Below, one piece after another: positions 1-13,929 of a stretch of DNA of 64,000 nucleotides. Each line of letters opens with the position of its first letter. Position 1 is the stretch's first letter. Both the position numbers and the translations under genes were made by a program. The DNA comes from the human T2T-CHM13v2.0 reference genome, Homo sapiens, in the NCBI RefSeq assembly GCF_009914755.1, contig NC_060930.1. The stretch is one strand, 5' to 3'. Below the pieces are notes generated by a model, which was not told the DNA's origin, did no database searches, and worked only from the letters and a program-made list of their open reading frames with translations.

Positions 1-394
1 AACTGTTATCCTTTAGGACTCAACTAGGAAATATCTAACATGACTGAATGGAATTCAACTATTCAACAAACCAAATAGTAACTTAATGTTTAGCACCTTT
101 GAGGTCCTTGAATCTAGTCAAAATTAATTTTCTCCTGAAACTGACAGAGATCTCTAAATGGTCTTGATCCAGTCCCAAACCTAAATCATGATTCACTTGT
201 TGATTTATATGTAATATAATATAATATATGACATATTATATATACATAATATATAATATAAATAACATATATGTCATATAATATTTTATTATTGATTTTA
301 TAGTCACAAAAATGCTGACAGAATGCATTCTATTATAATTTCATGAATTGAATGAAAATTTTTGAAGTGAAAAATGTCTTAGGAATCGTCTCAT

Positions 395-516
395 AAAACA
401 CTTCATTTTATAGATTAGGGAATTGAGTGACAGTGAATTTAGTGACCTGACAGTGAATTTAGTGTCATAGTTCATTAGCGGCAAAACTGAGATTAGAACA
501 CAATTTTTCTGACTCC
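395..516 (-). mobile_element. MIR SINE core fragment
   Basis: cattttatagattagggaattgag...gattagaacac...ctgactcc resembles the reverse-complement MIR core. Confidence 0.55.
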
Positions 517-659
517 ATAAATTAAGAGTTAAGTCCATATAATATACAAAGTGTTGACATCAAAGGGAAATGGGAAAATATTTGTAGACTTAATGGTTTC
601 ATCAATCAAAATTTTGAGCAATATGAATTATCAGTTTGACCAAAAGGAGTTAATTTATT

Positions 660-840
660 TTTATTTTTTTCTGTTTTATTTTATTTATTTATTTATTTAT
701 TTATTATTATACTTTAAGTTTTAGGGTACATTTGCACAATGTGCAGGTTAGTTACATATGTATACATGTGCCATGCTGGTGCGCTGCACCCACTAACTCG
801 TCATCTAGCATTAGGTATATCTCCCAATGCTATCCCTCCC
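660..840 (-). mobile_element. Very short 5'-truncated L1PA (PA3-like) 3' end with (TTTA)n tail and 20-bp TSD
   Basis: tatactttaagttttagggtaca...cactaactcgtcatctagcattagg = L1PA 3' UTR (GAG type, not Ta/pre-Ta); TSD ccaaaaggagttaatttatt at 640-659 and 841-860. Confidence 0.93.
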
Positions 841-2434
841 CCAAAAGGAGTTAATTTATTAACTCAGACTTTCTTGGACTTGATATAGCTCACTTGTCCT
901 GGCAGTACAATGTAACACAACCCAAGGAAACAAGAAATTTATTGTAGGATGTGATCTCAGTTATGTCTCTCAAAATAGAAGCTAGCTCTATTTAGAGAGC
1001 AGGTGTGTTATTGGGAAAAACATACCAACTTTTCACTTTGAATATAGTCCAATGCAGTACTCAATTTCTGATGAAGGGAAGAGAGGAAATATGCTGAATA
1101 TTTAATATGCTGTTTTGTGGTTTCTCCTAAACCTCGATGTGAAGACAATATTTGTTTGTCTTGAGTGATGATTACATTTGGTGCATTATGTTCCATTTAG
1201 TATATAATCTATGCCATGTCAAAATCATTAATGCTATGAGAAAAGAAATAAAACAAAACTACAGTTGTTTATGGTCCTAGAGAAGAGAAGCAATGTTTTT
1301 ATTAGGGTATAAATCAGTTTTCACAGATAGAATGCATCTTCACCAGAGACAAGCAAATAATAACTTATTCCCTTTATTTGAGCTTGTGTCCCTTTGATGG
1401 CTCTTCCTAAAATGACTAAGATGACTCTTCCTTCAGTTAAAGAAAGAACATACTTGAGTGTTTCTTTCACTTCACTCAATTCATTGATTTACTCCCCATC
1501 TTATAACAGAGAATTCAAGAATTTTGTTAAAATGTTTTCAGATTTCCATCAAAAGCAAGGCTGAATGCTCCCTACCTTGAACTTCTTTCAAATATTTTGA
1601 ATCTCCCTGCATGACATTTCTTTCCCTTACCTAGTCCCCAAAAGCTATTCTAATTTTAACTTTTTCCTTGACAACTCCTCTAAAGAAAAAAAAAATTGAT
1701 TTTAGAACTAATACTCACAACGGTGTAAACACAAGCAAGCAGTGTAATGCCTTTTTTATGTAATTATTCCTTATTTCTATTTAAGTTAATAATGACATTT
1801 AGGAAGTGTGTTATCAGATCTCAAGAATTAAGCTCTAAATGTAAACATTGCTTTTGTCACATGATGAAACACTAAAACATTTTTCTTGTCACATTCCCTT
1901 ATATTGCTGAACTATCAGGCAAATCTTTGTACTTTGGTATAAAGAATTTGCATCAAGCATGCAAATAACTTTGAAAAACCATTAGGTGGCAGAAATTGTA
2001 TATTGATTGGCCATTCTTAACATTTACAATTTCTCATTCCAGCCTCTCCTGCCTTATTCTACTGCTGCCTCTCAGCACTGATGAGGAGAGTGCTGTTGCC
2101 TTACGAAAGCAGTTACTCTGAGATGGTAGGCAGACTCTCATTATCCAGCAAAGCACACCAGAAAGGAGGGACATGATCGTTTTACAAAAAGTGAGACGAT
2201 TTATTGACAGGGATTTGCGATTGCAAAATAACGTAGTAAAAATGTAAATCCAAGGTATTAAATTATTATTAGGAGTAGTTGAAGCCAGGATAATAGAATG
2301 GCAGGCAGGAGCACTTATTACCAGACTCAACCCTACCACTAACTACTTACATGATTCTGAGAACAGCATTTAATTATCCTTTTCTCCTGTGCTTGTATCA
2401 CTGCGTAAGTTAGTCTACCACCAAACCTATTGTG

Positions 2435-2585
2435 TTACAATTGTTTGCCTATGTATCTTTCTCACCTATCAAAACTACATTTTCCTTGAGTATAAGAATC
2501 ACATTACACACATTTCTCCATCACTCATGCGCACCTCTGTTCCTGATACAAAGTAAGTGCTAAAAGAACTTCAGTTGATGAATAC
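2435..2585 (+). mobile_element. L2 LINE 3' end
   Basis: ttccttgag...cctgatacaaagtaagtgct...gttgatgaat matches a degenerate L2 terminus. Confidence 0.55.
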
Positions 2586-3191
2586 ATTTAACAGTTTTTG
2601 CATCTAAGATCTTATTGCTTAATTCTCATAAAGTCTAGTTAAGACCCCAGGTACAAAGCCTGGTGCCTGTTCTTTTCACATCTGATTTAAAATAATCTTG
2701 GTGTAAGGAAGTGAGATGGAGAATATAAGGTGTAAGGGATTATTTTACAGACAAAACCTCTGTGGAATATCAGCAGCATTCTTACTCAGGTGAGGTATTT
2801 TATAAGATCACTGTCAAAGTTTAAACGTATGCATGTGAAGCTCCCACTGAAATGGGAGTTACACATCAGCGTCTGCCAAATTGAGCCTGCCTTCCCTATT
2901 TTTGTCAGGCAACTCACCTCCCACATGAAAACCACCACAAATGCCTGCACATGCTATTTTTAAATGCATTTTTGGGTGTGCTCTTGAGTGAGCACCACTT
3001 CTAGCTGTCCATTCCTTGTGATACAGATTTCATCTGGGTCAAGTTGTTGGGGCACTATGTTTAGAAGAATTCCATCAGAAGTTTTTTGAGCCAATGTCTA
3101 TGTTCAATAGAAGCAAGTGTTCTTGGTTCAGGATGTGGCCGTACACATGCCAAGGGTTTGTCCTCTTTGTTGGGTGTGTTTGATGGGTTTG

Positions 3192-3455
3192 ATAATAATG
3201 ACGTCTAATATTTATTAAATGCTTACTGTGACAGGAACTCCTACAAAGCACTTTACAACCATTACTTCATTTGATCCTTTCAATAACCCTTTGAGATATG
3301 TACAAAAGTCACTATTTTACAGATAGGGAAACAGATGTTCGGAGATGTTAAGTAATCTGTTCAAGGCTATTTGTATGTCTATACAGTAGCTGGTCAACCA
3401 TTTAAAACACAAGCCATCATTTTCCAGGGCCTGTACACCTGACACTATACATACT
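3192..3455 (-). mobile_element. MIR SINE
   Basis: atttattaaatgcttactgtg...tattttacagatagggaaacag...gttaagtaatctgttcaagg. Confidence 0.75.
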
Positions 3456-3500
3456 AATCCAGATATATTCACCATGAAGAATCTTGTTTCTCTCTGATAT

Positions 3501-3521
3501 CAACAACAACAACAACAACAA
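3501..3521. repeat. (CAA)7 microsatellite
   Basis: direct reading. Confidence 0.9.
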
Positions 3522-3965
3522 TTTATGACACTATGAAAGCTCTCAAGTCCTCTGCCATCTGCCATGCCTTTTCTTAAAAGGAAAAACTGACTTCAGTGCT
3601 CAGGGGGACTCTGCTTCCTTTCTGTAAATGGCATATGGCAATGGACTTGAAATGGCATATCTCCAACATACGCATCTTTAAAAGGTATAAGTTTGGAAGT
3701 TTGGGGAGGCTGTGGGATTATTGAGTTCATTGCTTTTTCTTTCCTTTTTCGCCAGTGAAGACGTTAGCCATGATATTATCTGAAGAATGCTTTTGCTTTG
3801 AATGTAGTTTCTTCTTTAGTAAAAAGCTCAATAAGGTGGAGCCTGCATCTCGTTAACAGGCCACACTTCCAAATCCCATGTCGGTTGAAGGGCACAAATG
3901 TGTACCCATTTAAACTGAAGGTTCTGTGTCATAAAATACAGGAGAAAAATCTTTGACTTAGAAGA

Positions 3966-4102
3966 TTTTTTTTGAGATGTGTCTTGCTATGTTGCCCAGG
4001 CTAGAGTGTAGTGTCTATTCACAGGCGCCAACATAGTGCACTACAGCCTTGAATTCCTGGCCTCAAGGAATCTTCCCATCTCAGCATCCTGAGTAGCTGG
4101 AC
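3966..4102 (-). mobile_element. FAM (fossil Alu monomer), 5'-truncated
   Basis: Reverse complement reads ...GGCTGTAGTGCACTATGTTGGCGCCTGTGAATAGACACTACACTCTAGCCTGGGCAACATAGCAAGAC-polyA. The CCTGTGAATAG segment is a 7SL/FAM feature absent from dimeric Alu arms. Confidence 0.85.
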
Positions 4103-4516
4103 CATTTTGAAGATGGAAGTTTTAAAATACCCTCACTCACATTTATCCTCATATGACTTACCATCATTAAATCTTTACATAGCTCCCCTTGCATATTTAT
4201 TTTGTGCAGAAAGGTAACCTTACAACCCTGGCAGATTCAATAAGTATTTTTTTTTCAAAACCACTCTATGCTAGTATCTGTGCCAGATAATATTAGCTAC
4301 AAAATAGACCCTGAGTAAATGAGCTGATCTATTCAATACAATTGTTTGATAGCATTCATTAGCATGTATGTTTAACAAAAACAACAGTCTGGAGGTTGGT
4401 ATAATTAATATTTAGATGTTTAAAACATCTTGAGCTTCTCATAAGACCATTTCTAGCACTGAAAGAAAGGCTCATACAAGCAGAATATGGATTTTTACCA
4501 TCATGTTTATTATGGT

Positions 4517-4640
4517 TAGGGTCACCCGGTTTGCCTGGGACAGTTCATGCTGATACTTCTTGCCTCGGTTCAGTTATTAATAGAATCCTATTCTACTTTC
4601 AAAATTGCCATGATTTGGATGACAAGCTATATCATTATCT
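4517..4640 (+). mobile_element. MER94-like hAT-Blackjack DNA transposon fossil
   Basis: tagggtcacccggtttgcctgggacag...ttattaatag...ctttcaaaa...tttggatgacaag. Confidence 0.65.
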
Positions 4641-6138
4641 TTGTATTGGCATGTGTCATAACTCAGACAAGCTCAGGCCTGGGGCACACTGTAACTGAGC
4701 AATATGGCTGAAGTGGGGATCAAGAAGGAAACCTCACCAGAATGGGGAATGGATGGGAGAGTGGAAAGATCTCATGGAACTATAACACACTAAAAAGTCC
4801 CAAAGTGGTGCATTTTTGTTCTAGAGGGTGTTACATAAGATCTAATATGGTGGATGGGACCATCAACAGGCAATTCTCAAAACCAGCCATGTGATCTACT
4901 TCTGCTTAGGATAAGACTGAATATGAGTGACTGTGCACAGAACAGTTGGTTGTGGTAGTGACGACGGACATATACAGGCAGGAGCTGCGTGTGTGAAGGC
5001 CCCCAAAAGTAGTCTGACTTAAGGCACATCCCAGTCCTGGGAGGGAGACTAGGATGCTAGTTGGAGAACTAAAACATAGACTTTATTTTGTGGATTGGGC
5101 AATACAGCCGGAAGTAAGAGAGGGCTGCAATGTGGTGGGTTAATTTCAGGTACACTGGATATTGGGTCCACAACAGAAAGACCAATGGCAGATTCAGTCC
5201 ACCATTAGTGCTACATGTCCTGCTGATCAGTATCGGCTCAAGAGCCAGATGTGACTGAATGACAGTTAGAAGTCATCATATTAACTACATATGGAAGGGG
5301 GTGGGAAAAGTGTTGTCTAAGTCTCTCTTTTAGAGAATAAGGAACAAATTGAAGAACTAGATTTCAAGTCAGGATGCTTGACACATATTAGCTGTTTAAA
5401 AAAGATTTATTGAGTGAATGAATACCCAAATGGTGTGGATTTTACCACTGAGAAAACCCCAAGTGAATAGAACTGTTAGTATAAATGCAAGCCAGAGTCT
5501 TTGAAGGGGAATCAAGATATGGACCAGAAACTCAAGACTCAAGGTCAGGAATGGGATCACACACAATTGATGGAGGCAGAAGCCAGAAGCAGACTGGGTC
5601 ACAGGAGGAACAGATGGGAGGAGAGTTCATGTCAATGGATATTACTACCAATAGATAACAGTGGCATATCTTTGTGGGCCTGCAGATTATGCAGAGAAGC
5701 TGTGTCTGTTGCAGATACAGAGTTGAACTTGGTGATAGGCAAAACTGACCACAGGAAGGAAGCCGCTTTGTGTTCTGAAAACTGACCCAATTATGAAGCG
5801 CACATTGAAAAAAACAAGAAGGGCTAGGGTAACATCCTGTCTTATGCCAATGTGAAAAATATAATAATGCCAGAAAGGCTTTTCTGCCCACACTAATTCA
5901 AGTGTGGTGATTTTAATAAAGATGCTTAGGGAGCTCTAAAAGCTTTAAATCAATATTGCAATTGTACCACTTTCTCCTATGTGTGATTCTTGTCCATGAC
6001 GTAAAAAAGACAACACGTCATTAAATACTTCCAAAAATAAACTCAATCATTTATTTTATGCAAAATTGTCTTAGTTAAAACAATATGATAGTCAATGGTA
6101 CAATAGTTGAACTTTAAAGGTGATGACTCCTCCTGTGA

Positions 6139-6466
<328 letters not shown>

Positions 6467-6646
6467 GAGAAACTCTTAATTTATTGGAAAATAAAGTGGA
6501 ATATCATTTTAAGGAGAATATTTCATTGAAAGATTTGTAGCTTGGAGAAAATAATGAATTTGTTCTCTTATAGATATGATATAGACTATTTTGGTCAATC
6601 CTATGGATACTATATCCAAAATCTTTTTCCAGATTAGATTGTCATG

Positions 6647-6658
6647 CACACAGACACA

Positions 6659-6690
<32 letters not shown>
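6647..6690. repeat. (CA)n microsatellite
   Basis: direct reading. Confidence 0.95.
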
Positions 6691-6692
<2 letters not shown>

Positions 6693-6693
<1 letters not shown>

Positions 6694-6830
6694 CTCATAA
6701 CCATCCTACAAGTCTGTAACCTTCCTTTTATAGATGAGGAGATTGGGATAATTCACCTAGGGCTAACTGCAAGGTACTGGTGCAAGGTTTCAAATCCAGG
6801 CCCGACTTAACCTCAAAGCCCACTTTCTTT
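6693..6830 (-). mobile_element. MIR SINE
   Basis: tttatagatgaggagattggg...ggtttcaaatccagg...aaagccc. Confidence 0.65.
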
Positions 6831-7619
6831 CTGTAAAGCAAACCACACTATGCCACCTCAATTTATTTTACTTCCTAGCCTGGTTTTATGCATATGCTAG
6901 GAACTCAATAAACAATACTTACTGATTAAATACTTACAGATCAATACTTATAGGTTTATATAAATAAGCACATTAAATACTATCAAGGTTCCATGTGAGA
7001 TTAAAATCTACAGGGTCCTAAGACTGTAAGTTGCTGGTCTCGTGTATATCTTGTGTATTTGGCATGGAGCAAGCACCCAAACATTTGGTAAAGGAAGGGT
7101 GGGAGAGAAAGAAGGAGAAGGGAGAGAAGGAGAGAGGAGTAATATTGCCTTGGATGTTATATGATTATGAAGAATGGGGAAAGGGATTTGAAGTATTAGT
7201 ACTTAAAGGTAAAGGTGATTTTGTAATTATCACCCAATGTGGAAAAGTGGCACCTGAGGCGAAAGTCAAGCAATGGAAGAATGTTCCTGGCTCATACGAA
7301 GAAAAATGAACACAAAGGGCAGAGAGAAACATGTGGAAATCTATGATTTTGAGGACTGAAAGTCTGGAGGGCATTTGGGTGAAAAGAGGAGAGAGAAAAA
7401 TCAAAGATAGAAGAACATAGAAAACACAATGTTCCCAAGAGGTGAACTCGGGGACTTGTCAGACATATAACCCAGGTAGAAAAGCAATTCCTCTTTTGTG
7501 CTTCCTGCTATTTCCTCTACCCAGTGTCCATTTCAATCAATGGAGGTTTTCAAAGGAAACACATAATAGATAAAAGGAGACTTAAAATTTCAAGGATCCA
7601 TGTGTGCAAGTGACAGAAA

Positions 7620-8480
<861 letters not shown>

Positions 8481-9039
8481 TGCCAAGGCATTGCTAGCTG
8501 GAATATTTACAGTGAAAGGAAAAAGGTGCACAAGGTAATTCTGAGGGGTCTGAGGAGCTATTCTGATTAACAAGCCTGAAAAAAAGGAAATCAAACGTGG
8601 AAAGAATCAGAAAATCATTCTGACAAGGGGAAAGAATGGAAAAAAGGATACCAACCAAATACAGAGTAACAAAAGGGCTGGGTGAGCTGATGTCATAGAC
8701 AACAGGAGACAGAAACAGGCAGGGCTAGAGAGATATTGGAGCTAGGCCAAGGCAAGTGGGTATGAAACCCACTGGATCCAGTAAACTGAAGTGGGGTTTG
8801 TCAGGACTAAACTATCTCCTCACGGTTTGGTGCCTTTGGAAGCTTCTAACTCAGTACTGCATCTGGGCTACCGGGGAACATATGCCCTCTAAAGAGCCAG
8901 ACACCTGAGAACTCGTCCTCTCAACCCCCTTCAGTTCAGAGCACCTTCCAGGTGTTTTCCTTTCTTTGTGTAGAAAATCAGTCATACTTTGAAAAGAGAA
9001 AGAATTTAATTGATTGTACTATTAGCTGCTTAAGATGCT

Positions 9040-9417
9040 TATTATGGTATGAATGTTTGTGTTCGTGCCCACCCCTTCCCCCACCACCCTATAATTCATG
9101 TATTGAAATCCTAACCCCCAAGGAGATGATATTATGAGGTGGGGCCTGTCATGGGAGCAGAGCTCTTATAAATGGGATTAGTATCCTTGCAAAAGAGGCC
9201 TCAGCGAGACCCCTCACCCTTCCATTGTGTGAGAACACATTGTAGGCATTGTCTGTGAACCAGAAAGCCAGTCCTCATTAGACACTGAACCTGTTGGTGC
9301 CTTGATCTTGGACTTCCCAGCCTCCAGAGCTGTGAGAGATAAATTTCTGTTGTTTATAAGCCACCCAGTCTATAGGTCTATAGTACGCTGTTATAGCAGC
9401 CTGAACGAACTAAGACA
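9040..9417 (+). mobile_element. MLT1A-type MaLR solo LTR
   Basis: tatggtatgaatgtttgtg...ttgatcttggacttcccagcctccagagctgtgag...ttatagcagcctgaacgaactaagaca. Confidence 0.85.
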
Positions 9418-10234
9418 ATGCCGCCTCATGGAAGCCTTAATTTTTTCATAGTCATCAAACATTAAGCACTTACAGTGCTTTTCTAAACATTACTGTAGGC
9501 AGAAAATGAGTGTTGCTGAAGAAGTTCTGCATGGCTAAATACTATTTTTTCTCTGTAATTTTAATAAAGGATGTTAGGTAAGAAACAGAATAACATGTTT
9601 TCCTTAATTAATTGTAATGAATGTTGCTTATCATTTTCAGCATCTTTTTTAAAAATGATAACTTGCTCCAGGTTAGCTACTCTTGGCAAGACTGTATCAA
9701 CTGTTATAGTTCATATTTCCTGTGTTCAAAGAATTCTTCATTAGAAGAATTTCACTAGAAGTTCAGCTATACATAATAGAAATTTATATTTCTCTTATGA
9801 CAGGTTTGAACAGCATATTTTATATATAAAAAAGTATTTCCTTCTGACAGTTGTATAGTCCATTACGTTTTTATGTAACCTTTCCTCAGATTTAATTTCC
9901 TGTCTACTGTCATGTATTTTTCTCATACTTGAATGTGTTCAGGGTTAGGAATAAAATGGATTTGTTTTTATTCACAGGAAATATCTTGAATTATAGAACT
10001 TTCTATTTGGTATTTGCTGCCATTGTATTAACTTCCTGACTATGTAATCAATCACTGATAAGAAAATATATAGTATTGATGATTGGAAGGCGCTTATTCT
10101 TGAGTTAAACAAACCACCATTTTTCATGAACTCTGTCTCGCTCTCTGTCTCTGTCTCCTTCCCCACCCTTCATTCTCTGTCCCTACCCTCTTTCCTTCTC
10201 CCTGACCCCTACCTCTAATTTTGACACATTTTAT

Positions 10235-10645
10235 TAGTTAAAAATATTTTCCATATCAAATAATAGAAAACACTTTTGTAGTGGCTTAAATAGACTGGAG
10301 TTCATTTTTCTCACATAGGAAGAAGTCCAGAGATTGGCAGTGCAGAGCCTCTAAGAGCTCAGCAGTGTTATCAAGGATCCAGGCTCTTTCTGTCTTACAA
10401 GTAGTACCATTGTTAGCATGCAAGCATCTATCCTCATGATTACTGCCTCATAGCTCCTCCACCTGGGAGCAGAAATAGAGGGGTGAGAGTGGCAAAAGTC
10501 AAGTCTATCCCTTTACAAAAACCTTGTATTCACTTCATTGGCCCTAATTGGGTTGCATTGAAATCCCCACACAATCACTGGACAGTAACTAGAGAGAAGG
10601 AATACAGATGGGACTAGGTCAACCAAGCAACATCAACTGCCACAC
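10235..10645 (-). mobile_element. Old MLT1 (J/K-like) MaLR LTR
   Basis: agtggcttaaatag...tctcacataggaagaagtccagag...tcaaggatccaggctctttctgtc...cattggcc. Confidence 0.7.
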
Positions 10646-10689
10646 TTACCTATTTCCTCCTAGCACACCCTATAACTTAGTAAAAGAGT

Positions 10690-10920
10690 AATTTTAATGA
10701 TTTCTAACATGTTTTGAATGTTCAGTATGTGCCAAAGATGATACAAAATGAATTATATTCATTATTTTATTTAAACCTGATAAAACTCCATGCAATTATC
10801 ATCTTTGTTATTATAATTCTCATTTTACAGTTGAGAAGAGACAGAGGCTTGGACAGCATAGGGTCATGCAGCTAATGAGTGACAGAGTACACATCTGGTC
10901 TCCTCTAAAGCCCATGGGCT
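10690..10920 (-). mobile_element. MIR SINE
   Basis: tatgtgcca...cattttacagttgagaagagacagaggc...ggtcatgcagctaatgagtgacagag. Confidence 0.7.
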
Positions 10921-11544
10921 TAGTATTAATTTGACCTCTCAGCTGGGAGATATAGTGTAAAAAGTGGGCTTGAGTATTGTTTTTCTCCTAAAAACAAAAA
11001 TGAGAAATTTTTGCATGTAAATCCACTCAGGTAGCCTTCAGATTTAAATGAATAAATGAGATATGAAGAAACGAAAGAAAGGAATAGATGGTTTTCTACC
11101 ATCAACTATTGTAATCCTATCCCTCTGCCCCACATCTCTTTGAGAGGAGAAAACAAGTGGTTTGAGAAAAAGAATCCTAAGCCTGGGACACAGGGTCTGA
11201 CTTTGTGTATCTCCTTTAACCATATGAGTTTTGTCAACTTGGGCTGGAGATGTTTAGCACCTGGTTCCCTGTGTGCAGTTCTGACATGAATGTCGATGAT
11301 ATTTTCATTTATGTTACTGGGAAAGAAAAAAGTGAAGCATCAAAGACATATGTTGGAACTTTATTTGTTCATTAGTGAGGTGACTTCTTTGCTAAATCAG
11401 ATAATAAGATTTAAACATCCAAAGAACATTTTCTCAGTTTTTTGTGCTATTCACAGTGTAATAGCTATAGACATAAAACATTAATCCTTGTGAACATTTT
11501 TCATCACTTTTTAAAGTCTAGACAATCAACAAAGCAATAAATCA

Positions 11545-11800
11545 AATCCTGATTTCCATGGTGTAAATGTTTCCACCATAGCCAATTTCATGCTACCAAC
11601 ATCACATCACTGAATGTCGAGTTGCGAGGCATGTGCAGTAAGTAGCATACACTTCTATGGTATTTCTACCATGTAGACACAATAGATGTCAATAACCTCC
11701 AGATAATAGTAAAATGTAGCAAAAAAAGAACCTGGGAAGTGATGGGTTTTGCATATCACTTTTAAAATGTAATTTATTTACCTATAAATTAATAAAATTT
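11545..11800 (+). mobile_element. MER63-like hAT DNA transposon, first part
   Basis: gatttccatggtgtaaat...ccaatttcatgctaccaac...cactgaatgtcgagttg...gataatagtaaaatgtag. Confidence 0.7.
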
Positions 11801-11809
11801 ATTTTTTTC

Positions 11810-11980
11810 TCTGTTAATATTTTCTACTTTTATTATTTTTAACTGACATAATAATTGTACATATTTGTGGAGTACAGGGAATATTTTGATACATGAATAC
11901 ATGTATCATGAATACATGATACATGAATGTATAATGATCAAATTAGTGTAATTAGCATCTCCATCACATCAAATGTCTGT
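11810..11980 (-). mobile_element. L1MA 3' end fragment
   Basis: aactgacataataattgtacatatttgtggagtac...tataatgatcaaattagtgtaattagcatctccatcac. Confidence 0.75.
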
Positions 11981-12139
11981 TAATTTTAAAGTTTATGAGT
12001 ATAAAATGACTCTCCTTTTCCCATTTTATAGCTTTTGCTCTGAATTCCACTTAGTTTAATACTAATGTGGGGACTCCTGCTTCTGAGGGTGACACAATTG
12101 TCTGATTCAACTTTTTCATCAATTTAATATTTCTGAGGC

Positions 12140-12890
12140 TCTTTGTCAAGTATGATACAAAAGTATCCACTGGATGTGGCCACAAGAAGTCCATCGGCAA
12201 TGGTGAACCAGGGGGTTTCAGTGGAAACATCGAGCCTGCCAAACTTCAGAGTGCTGAGTGCTCCTGGGCTGTATAGAGCCTACTGCAAGCAACTCTTCCC
12301 ATAAATGTGTCTGTGAAGAGTCTGACGTGAGAATGAGATAGGACGGGAGACATAAAAAGAAAAGAAAAATTCGGGGTAGAGGGTGGGGGAAGAGAATTAA
12401 GCCCCTTTAAATGCTGATGGGAAAAGCCCCAGTATAGAACAACCGTTTTGAAAACTCAGGTAAGAAAGTAGTTAATTTATGGCATTAAATCTCTGGAGAA
12501 ACTGTTGGAAATGGGACCTAGACTGTAAGTGGAGGCATTAGTTTTATGAAGGAGGCAAGATGCTTCTCCCATCATCCTAATTAGGAGGGTGAACATAACC
12601 TTTAGGAACAATGGGAAGCTTGGGGATGAGGTGGCAGGAAGGTATAAGGCGCTTCCTCCTATCTTGTGATTTCTATTTTACCATGATATAGGAGGCCAGT
12701 TGTCCATTGAAAAACACAAGGGGTATGATAATACACAGATTTTCAGTGGTATAGGTTTGAAATAGTCACTCTGAAAAACAAGAGGTAAATTTGATGAAAG
12801 AAAAACAGTCAAATTGTCGCAGATTGCTGGAAACTCAGGAGAAGGTGAAAATCATGGATTTGAGATCACACTATGTCATGAAGTTGTGAG
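12140..12890 (-). mobile_element. Degenerate L2 LINE fragments
   Basis: tccactggatgtggccacaagaagtcc...tttcagtgg...caactctt resembles reverse-complement L2. Confidence 0.45.
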
Positions 12891-12904
12891 ATTTCCCCCA
12901 CTAA

Positions 12905-12975
12905 ACTTTAATTTTTAATAATAGTTGTATTTAACAACTGGTTGACAAGATTCTTGAAAATGCAAGTGAACTCCA
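12905..12975 (+). mobile_element. MER63-like terminal fragment
   Basis: ttaatttttaataatagttgtatttaacaactggttgacaagattcttgaaaat. Confidence 0.55.
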
Positions 12976-12989
12976 GTATCCAAGTTAAC

Positions 12990-13130
12990 CTATTTTAGTT
13001 ACTGTTCCTTATCATGCAATGAAAATTAATATTCTTGCTTTGTCTACCTGTGATTGTTGTGAGAATTACATGAAGTGATCCATTTGGTGAAAGGACTTTG
13101 TAAATGGTGAAGTCCTATGTAAATATAACC
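12990..13130 (+). mobile_element. MIR SINE
   Basis: gttccttatcatgcaatgaaaat...gttgtgagaattacatga. Confidence 0.55.
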
Positions 13131-13296
13131 TCAGGAACAGGAAGAGATGTAGGAAGACAAAGAAGTCTGCTTTGGAGAAGTGTGTGCTGTATCAAAGACA
13201 ATAAATTGAAAATAATTTTTTCAAATTAATTCATCAATTTGAGAGTGAAGACATTTTGCTAATGTGTAGGAAAAGGAAGGGAAATGAAGTGAGGGT

Positions 13297-13742
13297 CATG
13301 TTGGATTAAAAAAATTGCCACAATTCTTTGCACCTCGTCTCATCAAGAGGTTAAATGTGAGCTGATCTTGTGACTTGCTTTGGCCAATAGAATGCAACAG
13401 ATGCAACATCCAGTGAGTTTTGAGCTTGGTCTTGAAAGGCTTGGCATGTTTCTGTTTGTGGCTTCTGGAACCCTATGACAGCTATGTAAAGGAGCTCGGG
13501 CTACTCTGTTTGGGGATGAGAGGCCATATGGAGAGGAACCCAACCACCAGAGCCAATAGCTCACCAGATCTCAGCTGATTAAGCAGCCAGCTGCAGAAGC
13601 ATGAGGGAACCCCTGCAGAGACTGGTACAATGGCCCAGTTGAGCTCAGCCCAAATTATTGACACTTAGATCTATGAGTTAAATAAATGGTGTTGTTTTAA
13701 CTCACTAAAAGTTGAGATGGTTATTACAGAGCAAAATCGACA
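13297..13742 (+). mobile_element. MLT1G/H-type MaLR solo LTR
   Basis: cttgtgacttgctttggccaatagaatg...gatgagaggccatatggagagg...cccagttgagctcagcccaaatt...aataaatggtgttgttttaa. Confidence 0.8.
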
Positions 13743-13929
13743 TGGCCCTATAATGTTCAAGAGTTTATACTGGGTTCTTCCTGTTATTTGGTCCCAATTA
13801 ATCTTTATGAGTCTTGTGAGTATGTATTTTTAATCATATTCTAATTCTTAAAGGACACTGGTTAGAGGAATATGGTAACCATCAAATTGAAGGGTATATG
13901 GAAGGGTATATAAAATTTGTGTAAAGACT

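Noticed and set aside
428-464. 20-bp-period duplication in a MIR, and similar short duplications (13889-13911, 36434-36464, 37678-37698)
   Set aside because: Ordinary replication-slippage products with only 2-4 units.
2034-2339. 101-aa minus ORF and a possible plus-strand acceptor at 2042
   Set aside because: Non-ATG start, no recognisable homology, only moderate donors.
3730-3760. Strong plus-strand acceptor (ttttctttcctttttcgcCAG)
   Set aside because: No good donor within normal exon distance; isolated sites are common.
3966-4102. 7SL RNA gene or pseudogene
   Set aside because: It lacks the central S domain; the structure matches FAM.
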